Assembly: GCA_951406725.2 (NCBI GenBank)
Contig: OX597831.1
Location: forward strand, 57,226,001 to 57,290,000
DNA from: Octopus vulgaris
Lineage: Eukaryota
DNA: 64,000 nucleotides
Direction of reading: 5' to 3'
In this document: positions 55,780 to 64,000 of the stretch, in pieces
How the letters are laid out: each line of letters begins with the position of its first letter
How positions within the stretch are numbered: the first letter of the stretch is position 1
Program-made: the position numbers and the translations under genes
The notes under the pieces: model-generated
What the model saw: only the letters and a program-made list of their open reading frames with translations
The model's database searches: none
Told to the model about the DNA's origin: nothing

Positions 55780-55985
55780 TGTATGTATGTATGTATGTAT
55801 ATGTATATATATACATATATACGACGGGATTCTTTCAGTTTCCATCTACCAAATCCACTCATAAGGCTTTGGTCGGCCCGAAGCTATAGTGGAAGACACT
55901 TGGACAAGGTGCCACGCAGTGGGACTGAACCCGGAACCATGTGGATTGTAAGCAAGCTACTTACCACAAAGCCACTCCTACGCCT
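55612..55985 (-). mobile_element. SINE family B, 5' two-thirds
   Basis: Family homology. Confidence 0.85.
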
Positions 55986-56505
55986 CCTACGTTTACAATA
56001 AAGTGTTATTACTTTGACAGCGAGTTCTTGGAACAGGAAAGTTCTCTTCGTATTTCATTGGTTTGAAAGTATGAAGTAATTTACTGCATTCCTACAAGCG
56101 CCATGCTTTTTAATAGCTAATGACGTCATACTGTATATCACAGATACTCTGGAAGCTCTGTAAGAGCTCTTTAATATCTGAGTTTTATCGTTCTGCCGCC
56201 TCGCTAATACATTAAAACGATTCTTTTCATCGAGGGTGTCCCTACATGGTTCATAATCAAGCGGGCCGCATAACTAAAAAAGCAAAAAAAATGCATTTAA
56301 GATAATTTTTCTCGTTAGGCATGCCATTCAGAAAGTCCCGCGTGATGCACTTTGCTTATGACTGCTCAACGTGGTCATTCGGCCTGCTAGAAATAGCAGC
56401 AATATCGCTTTCGAATCACACCTCACAATCTTAAGTGAACAACACATTAAACAACACAGTCTCAGTTTAATATGGAATGGTTTCAGCAGTAATACATTTA
56501 ACCAT

Positions 56506-56912
56506 AGGCGTAGGAGTGGCTGTGTGGTAAGTAGCTTGTTTACCGACCGCATGGTTCCGGGTTCAGTCCCACTACGTGGCACCTTGGACAAGTGTCTTCT
56601 ACTATAGCCTCGGGCCGACCAAAGCCTTGTGAGTGGATTTGGTAGATGGAAACTGAAAGAAGCCCGTCGTATATATGTATATATATATATATGTGTAAGT
56701 GTTTGTGTGTCTGTGTTTGTCCTCCCAACATCGCTTGACAACCGATGCTGGTGTGTTTACGTCCCCGTTACTTAGCGGTTCGGCAAAAGAGACCGATAGA
56801 ATAAGTACTAGGCTTACAAATAATAAGTCCTAGGGTCGATTTGCTCGACTAAAGGCGGTGCTCCAGCATGGCCACAGTCAAATGACTGAAACAAGTAAAA
56901 GAGTAAAAGAGT
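56506..56912 (+). mobile_element. SINE family B, young full-length copy
   Basis: tRNA-like head, gtggcaccttgg.caagtgtctt block, (gtaaaaga)n tail, and taacca direct repeats on both flanks. Confidence 0.92.
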
Positions 56913-57662
56913 AACCAAAGATCTGGCCACTTATGGCTCACCTGGTACTAAGCAACAAGTAGAAAAACAACAGCGATCTTTTTTTATAAAATCTGGTGTA
57001 CAGACACAATTGAGAATGATCTGAAGTACACGTGAGAAATATACAAAAGAGTTTCAACGTTTTTCTAACAATGACATTTTTCTATGATATTTAATAAGAG
57101 ATTTGCTTTTCTTTTCTCTCTCATTACTGTGGAGTACGCACAATGTTCTCCGCCTGAAAATAAATTGCATAAGAAGTCGTAGCCATCTATTACATTTCTT
57201 ATGTAATTACTGCCTTCTTTTACTTGTCAGTGTGTTCGTTTATTCTTTCCTTAACCCTTTCCTTCCCATTCTGCCTTCTTTCTCTGTACTGCCCTCTCCT
57301 TGTCCTCTTTCTCTTCAATCGCCTCCTTCATCGGGGAGTCTGGTTTCTTTGATAGTCATACTGTGATACGATAGCTACAGTTTTCTGATTTCCCCAATTA
57401 TGCCATGCTATAAATCTAAGTGTGTTCGAAATATAATCTGTTAAGATTTGTTGCATGCATTTGTGTGTGTGAGTGTGTGTGTGAGAGTGTGTGTGTGTGT
57501 GTAGTGTATATGCATATATGCATATATATATATATATTCTTTTATTCTTTTCTTTTACTTGTCAGTCATTTGACTGTGGCCATGCTGAAGCACCGCCTTT
57601 GTTAGTCGAAGAAATCGACCCCAGGACTTATTCTTTGTTAGCTTGGTACTTATTCTATTGGC

Positions 57663-57768
<106 letters not shown>

Positions 57769-58040
57769 ATATATATATATATATATGCGTATGTGTGTGT
57801 GTGTATAAAGTTCTATTTTGAAGATATGTCTGTAATTTTTTAAATCTAAATTTAATGCTTTGTAACTAATATATAATATAATATAATCCGTTTTAATAAT
57901 AGTCCAAAATCTTCAATTTGGGCGAAGGGGTAGTCGATTACGTCGACCCTAATAGCTGACTGGTACTTATTTACCCGACTCCGAAAGGGTGAAGGGCAAA
58001 ACGATATAAACGAGTGGGTGGACAAACGAAACTAAACGGC

Positions 58041-58190
58041 GGGAGTTATATGTTTGACTCAGCTTCATATGGCCCTTCTCGTCAGATTCTTCTAGATACC
58101 GTGTGAGATAAGTTCGTCCCACGAGCCCACGGTATTTAAAATTACATTGAGCTGAATCTGACCGTTATTGAATCAAATATGTAACTCCTA
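58041..58190. repeat. Imperfect nested palindrome (MITE-like)
   Basis: ggagttatatgtttgactca / tgaatcaaatatgtaactcc; gtcagattc / gaatctgac; ataccgtg / cacggtat. Confidence 0.55.
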
Positions 58191-58258
58191 CTAAATGTCT
58201 TGAGTCCCCTTTTCTTTCGTTTGCTATATATACATATATATGTATGTATGTATATATG

Positions 58259-58294
<36 letters not shown>

Positions 58295-58712
58295 GTAAAG
58301 AAAAAATAAGAAGGTTAACAGCAGGCTGTTTCACCTCATACCGAAGGAATTAGAAATAGCAGTCAAAGACCGTTTTTCCAATTTCTATAAGTGGAGAATC
58401 CAAAAACGAAGGCCCTTACGGCTCACATACACAAAACCGGAGTGGCAAATATACGAATTCAGTCACTTACCGTTAATAGCGGACATATGTTTCTGGATCG
58501 CAAACATGGAAATCAGTTTGAATTCCGTCATCGGCGCTATATTCGATAGCTTTACTAAATGCCACTAGCCCTCACTTCTGACCCAGCGACATCAGATAGT
58601 GGGGGGGAAGAGTGCAGATGTTAAAACTAAGTGGCGACTGGGAACGTAAATTTTCCCTCCAAAATTCTGCCATGCGCGCTTTCAATTTAAAATTGAATAG
58701 AAGGTCTGAAAA

Positions 58713-58758
58713 CCACCTGATGAATGTCCTTAGAAGTGACAAGAAACAATTGTAGTGG
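58713..58758 (+). ncRNA. Minimal type I hammerhead with intact canonical core and palindromic stem III
   Basis: ccac-CTGATGA-atgtc..gacaa-GAAA-caattg-TA-gtgg, near the 3' end of a ~560 bp (TA)n-flanked segment (58295-58856). Confidence 0.8.
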
Positions 58759-58853
58759 ATAACTTAATTTTATTTAATTTATATAAAATTTTTTATGTAT
58801 TGGATTAAGTCTTTCTTTGTTTGATTTGCATAATAGTAGTTTTGTCTCTAATT

Positions 58854-58904
<51 letters not shown>

Positions 58905-58911
<7 letters not shown>

Positions 58912-59078
58912 ATATACGACGGGCTTCTTTCAGTTTCCGTATACTTAATCTACTCACAAGGCTTTGGTCAGCTTGATGCAATAATACAAGATATTTTCCC
59001 AAAGTGCCACGCAGTTGGACTGAACCTGGAACCATGTAATTGGGAAGCTTGCTTCTTACAACATGCTACGCCTGCGCC

Positions 59079-59080
<2 letters not shown>
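58905..59080 (-). mobile_element. SINE family B, 5' half
   Basis: Family homology. Confidence 0.75.
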
Positions 59081-59147
<67 letters not shown>

Positions 59148-59152
<5 letters not shown>

Positions 59153-59492
59153 AAAGTAAAAAAATATACAAACTGGGACAAGAACGTGAAACATTTAGTA
59201 GACGACACAAAAAACACGGACGGGACTTTCGAAGCCCTCAGTCATCAGTCAAGAACCAGATCATCTTCGCAATTTCGGCTGATTAATCTTGAGATTGCTC
59301 CGATCTGGGCAGCCCCCAAGGGAAATCTAAGCCAAGCGCATTAGATTCCTTGGAAGAAAGCCTCGAATGTATACAACACAGGGACGGAAAACGGACGATG
59401 TTACACGAATAAAAATACGAAAATACGTAAAAAAAATAATGATAGCACGAATAAGAATACAAAATACGTAAAAACAATAATAACAAAACCAA

Positions 59493-59495
<3 letters not shown>
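59148..59495 (+). mobile_element. Unclassified (TA)n-embedded repeat
   Basis: Near-identical to 23818-24043, with a longer 3' side. Confidence 0.8.
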
Positions 59496-59531
<36 letters not shown>

Positions 59532-59696
59532 TTGATATAGGATAAAATTCTTTTCGGGAAAAAAATTTTATCAATGGGCAGCATATCAAAAAATGCCTTT
59601 AAAGGTAAAATTTATACATAATTTACAAGATAAGGGCAGAAGAAAAATTCTAATGCCTGATACGCCGAAACAAAAAAATGTTTGTATATATATATA

Positions 59697-60079
59697 TCTC
59701 TCTCTATATAAACGGCAGTTTGTCTGTGCGTTTTCTGTGTGTCTGTTTTCTCGTACCCTCACTCTGACCACGGCTTTCAACCGATTCTGATGAAACTTGA
59801 CACACACATAGCCCAATGTCATAATTCAAAACTAACGCAGCGAAAATTTTGAAAAGTTCCCCCAGTTCTGAAAAAAATCGATAAATTCGACATGGGGTCG
59901 AGAATTAGAAACCAAAACCACAGACCGTCTAGGGGACGCAACTCTACCTTTTTTAACTCTCAAAAAAAATTTACCAGCATTTTTTTTCCATTCTTTTGCT
60001 ATTTTTTGGCTATAACTCTCTAAAAATGCTTTATAGTTATTTCCCTTACAAACCTGAGCAACGCCGGGCGATACTGCTA

Positions 60080-60080
<1 letters not shown>
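59697..60080 (+). mobile_element. Non-autonomous Helitron
   Basis: A|TC 5' end; cctgagcaacgccggg hairpin; CTAG|T 3' end. Confidence 0.85.
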
Positions 60081-60126
<46 letters not shown>

Positions 60127-60557
60127 AGACGGTCTTCTGTAGAGTTTCTCTACATCAATTTCACTCACAAGTCACTAAGGGCACTCATCCAAGGTGCTGC
60201 GCCGAAGGACTCAATCAGAAAAATTGCTGATTCTGAAGCTGGCTTCCTAACCACAAAGCCATGCTTGCGTCAATGTATAATTTTTATCTGTTCAAAACTT
60301 GGAGATGGAATTCTCTGTTTCTCGAACGAACTTGTCATTGTCAAGTGTGAATATAATATTCACTGACAATACGGCATTCATCAGTGACAGAAAGACACCA
60401 GTGTCTTCTCACTCATTGAAAACAATTTCATACAATGAACTACTGCTATCTTAAAGAGCGATAATGGTGAGATGTGCAGTTTGCTACGACGCTGATTTAT
60501 TCTGTCGGTTAGCTATATATTTAATATATTGTCTGTTTATGTCTGTATGTATATCTT

Positions 60558-60597
<40 letters not shown>

Positions 60598-60749
60598 GCT
60601 TGTGTATGTTTGTGCTTCTCATATTGTACGTATGGGTATTTATATTATCATGTATTCACGTAACACTGCTGTCGTATGTACGTATGTGTGTACGTATGTA
60701 AGTGTAAGTGTGTGTACTCTTCCATATATATAAATATATAAATATTAGC

Positions 60750-61710
60750 AGGATACTCGTCATTTCTTTGTGAAACAGACGACTCAGTTGGTGACCAAAT
60801 TCTCGAAGAAAGAATCGTGTTAATTCTGCAGAAATGCATTAATTGAAATTCAACATTGATATTTTTTGTAACAGTTAAAAAAAACAACTTTTGTATCAAG
60901 CAAAACATAGACAAACATTAACGAAGGGTTTCATGATGAATATTATTAGTTTTTCTACCTGTAGTATTGTCATAAAGTGTGGAGGCACATGGCCTAGTGG
61001 TTAGAGCAACGGACTCACGGTCGAGGGATCGCGAGTTCAAATCTCAGACCGGGCGATGTGTGTGTTTATGAGCGAAACACCTAAGCTCCACGCGGCTCCG
61101 GCAGAAGGTAATAGCGAACTTCTGCTGACTCTTTCGCCACAACTTTCTCCCACTCTTTCCTCCTGCATCTTGCATCTCACCTGCGACGGACCGGCGTCCC
61201 GTCCAGGTGGGGAACCTATACGCCAAGGAAACCGGGAAACCGGCCCTTATGAGCCAGGCATGACTCGAGAAGGAACAAACAACAATAATGTCATAAAGTT
61301 CGTTCTGGATTCCAGTGCATGTCTTTAAAAGCAGTAGAACTCCTCTAGCTTCATTCCATCTATCTTCAACAACTGACTTTGGGTCTTGTTGACGGATATT
61401 ATGAAGCTAAAGTTGATAGGATTTCGAGCATTTTCAACTGGGATATCTTATTACTAAAAATGATAGCAGTTGTTTTAATGAATACACCATCATCTGTAAT
61501 ATATAGCATAATACATGAAATTCTTAACATTTAGTCCAGGGTACGAAGGCGTATAATGGGTGTTCCCACTTCAGACAATGTGACTGGTAGTACACATAGG
61601 CATTCCAGAATATTTAGAAGCTGTGTCGATCTTGATGTGAATCAGGGACTTGTTGCAATGGCCCTTAACAGGTTACTGCAAAATCTGCATGTTGATATCC
61701 CTGACAGCAT
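60750..61710 (+). pseudogene. Possible highly decayed piggyBac transposase remnant, interrupted by a SINE
   Basis: MSLKAVELL and SDNVTGSTHR..NQGLVAMALNRLLQNLH loosely resemble PGBD-type motifs. Confidence 0.3.
60981..61288 (+). mobile_element. SINE family C, full-length, with TSD
   Basis: tRNA-Arg-like head, (aac)n tail, 11 bp TSD tgtcataaagt (60968-60978 / 61289-61299). Confidence 0.92.
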
Positions 61711-61744
61711 TTTATTTTCTCAGAGCTATTATTACTTTTTCAAT

Positions 61745-61945
61745 CGACAATCTTGGCAGAATCGACAGCCCGTTGGACGAAATGCTTCGCGGCATTTCTT
61801 CCAATTCTTTACTTTCTGAGTTCTAATATTGCCGAGATTAACTTTGCCTTTCGCTTTTTCAGGATCGAAAAAAAAATAAAGTACCAGTCAAGTATTGGGA
61901 TCGATGAAATCGATTAACCATCTCCCCCTAAATCTGATAGCCTTA
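61745..61945 (+). mobile_element. SINE family A, degraded
   Basis: Head and core motifs. Confidence 0.7.
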
Positions 61946-62501
61946 TTACTTTTTCAGCTACCTATGATTCTGGTAGTTTCCATAAATAAAAGAAAGATAT
62001 ATTTACACTTGTGAACAAACTCCTGGATACTTTTTACTCAGTGGTTTCTTGTTAATTTTATGCCTTTCCTGTGCATAATTTTCGATCAAAGGCCCTATTG
62101 TTGCTGTTATTATTATTATTGAAGACGTCGCATAGTACCCAATATCGTGTTGTAGATTGAAAATAGTGTGCGTACAGGAGATTGTACTGTCTGTCAAGTT
62201 CCAAAAGTGAAATATCCAAACCTCTAAGAATTCCTATCAACACACGGCTATAATGCTCCCTCACTACTTCTGCTCGTGGTCAGAGTTGCACATATCGTCA
62301 GCCACTAAGGGACATGGTCAGCTGGTTATGGTTAAACAACTTACAAGCAAATCTGTGGTATTGAGCTGAATATTTGCTGTAGCCAATGTTTTATACCAAG
62401 ACAAAACAATGTACACGATAACACTTCCAATCAGTTAAGATCAGAAGACATGAGAGCCACTGTCTGGTACTGCATCAGGGCATTTAATATTATTATTATT
62501 A

Positions 62502-62556
<55 letters not shown>

Positions 62557-62985
62557 CATTGTCGTTGTTGTTGTTGTTGTTGTTGTTTGGTAAGTAAATA
62601 TATTCACAACATTTCGCGTACTTTTGTTATTTTGGTATATCAGACTATAAAAGCAAATGTCATAATGTGTTTCTCAAATAACTCCATTTTAAAACTGTTA
62701 ATATCTGTTTTTAAGATAATTTTTCTCCTTACTTTCCCCTAAAATATTTATTCGCTGGTAGTATCATGAGAAGGAATAAATAAGTTTCCCATATAAACAT
62801 CATTTTAAAAATTACCCATTTCTTTCTAAAGTAGTATAAAATATATATAAAAATAAGTATATATTATAATGCACTTCTCGAATAACCTCTCTTTTAAAAC
62901 TGTTAATAAGTGGTGGTGGTGGTGGTGCCGTTCAGGCTTATTTTAATATTCTCCACAAAAATATTTCCAAATTCGGTGTTACGAA

Positions 62986-63174
62986 TACTCTTTTACTCTT
63001 TTACTCTTTTACTTGTTTCAGTCATCTGGCTGTGGCCATGCTGGAGCACCGCCTTTAGTCGAGCAAATCGACCCCACGACTTATTCTTTGTAAGCCTAGT
63101 ACTTATTCAGATACACAAACATATACACAAACACAGATACACAAACATATACACACATACATACATACATATAC

Positions 63175-63220
<46 letters not shown>

Positions 63221-63388
63221 GTACGACGGAATTCTTTCAGTTTCCGTCTACTAAATCCACTCAAAAGGCTTTGGTTGGCCCGAAGTTATAGTAAAAGACA
63301 CTTGCCGAAGGTGCCACGCAGTGGGACTGAACCCGGAACCATGTGGTTCGTAAGCAAGCTACTTACCACACAGCCACTTCTACGCCTA
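62986..63388 (-). mobile_element. SINE family B
   Basis: Near-consensus with a small internal deletion. Confidence 0.9.
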
Positions 63389-63441
63389 TAATACTGGAAC
63401 TTTCAAAAATTGTGTAATCTGAATTTTATATATATTAGCGG

Positions 63442-63688
63442 CAGAGATAATATTTATCCCCACTTAACCGTGGATTTTCTATTGGGAAAAACTTTACTGC
63501 GGTAGTTGCCATGAGAAACACTCTCATATTGGCTTTTTAGTGCAAAAATTTATCTCCCTTCTAGCGATGTAAACGAGAATGCATTTTGCACCCAAAAATC
63601 AATATGGAAGTTTCTCTCATGGCAACTACCGCAGTAAATTTGTTCCAATAGAACATCCTCGTTTAAGTGGGGATAAATATTACCTCTG
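63442..63688. mobile_element. Palindromic MITE (~247 bp)
   Basis: ~100 bp arms: cagagataatatttatccccacttaa..tttactgcggtagttgccatgaga / tctcatggcaactaccgcagtaaa..ttaagtggggataaatattacctctg. Confidence 0.8.
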
Positions 63689-64000
63689 ACCTTTATGTCG
63701 TTTGAATTCGGACTCTACATGTTCTGTATTTCCGAGTTCGGTTTCCTGACCCGAACCCATATTACAAAAGCAATTTTTAAGTGAAGCCCCCTGCGGCGAA
63801 ATTTCGGAATTTATTAATTGGACTGCGACTATGCTTGGCCGCGGCCTCGAAGAGTTTAGTTGAACAAATCGAATCCAAGACTTAATTATAAAGCCCGAAA
63901 CATTGTCAGTTTCTTTTGTCAAACCCTACGTTACGCACATAAACCAATACGAGCTGTCAAGCGTTAGTGGACAAACACAAACACAAAGACACACACACAC

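Noticed and set aside
59786-59797. CTGATGAAA motif
   Set aside because: Part of the Helitron internal hairpin, with no stem II.
62150-62485. Complex sequence next to (TAT)n, possibly a LINE UTR
   Set aside because: Single copy in the window with no diagnostic motif, so it cannot be classified.

Overview
This is AT-rich, extremely microsatellite-dense eukaryotic DNA, almost entirely intronic or intergenic. The SINE families and repeat style look like an octopus (cephalopod) genome; this is pattern recognition and was not verified. Only one credible host coding exon was found: 26015-26399 on the minus strand, a type II membrane-anchor first exon resembling mollusc aminopeptidase N. Nearly all other ORFs in the track are microsatellite translations. 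The rest is decayed mobile DNA: three or more tRNA-derived SINE families, Penelope-like (PLE) RT/GIY-YIG remnants, R4/Dong and RTE LINE 3' ends, Tc1/maT/mariner relics, Helitrons and MITEs. The most striking signal is about 14 minimal type I hammerhead-ribozyme motifs in about 8 unrelated short non-coding repeat families. Most sit in (TA)n tracts and often lie next to fold-back inverted duplications. They include families with fixed non-canonical cores (CCGAYGA, CUG[U/C]AGA) and one family that joins a tRNA-like Pol III head to a hammerhead. All structures were folded by eye; no searches were run.
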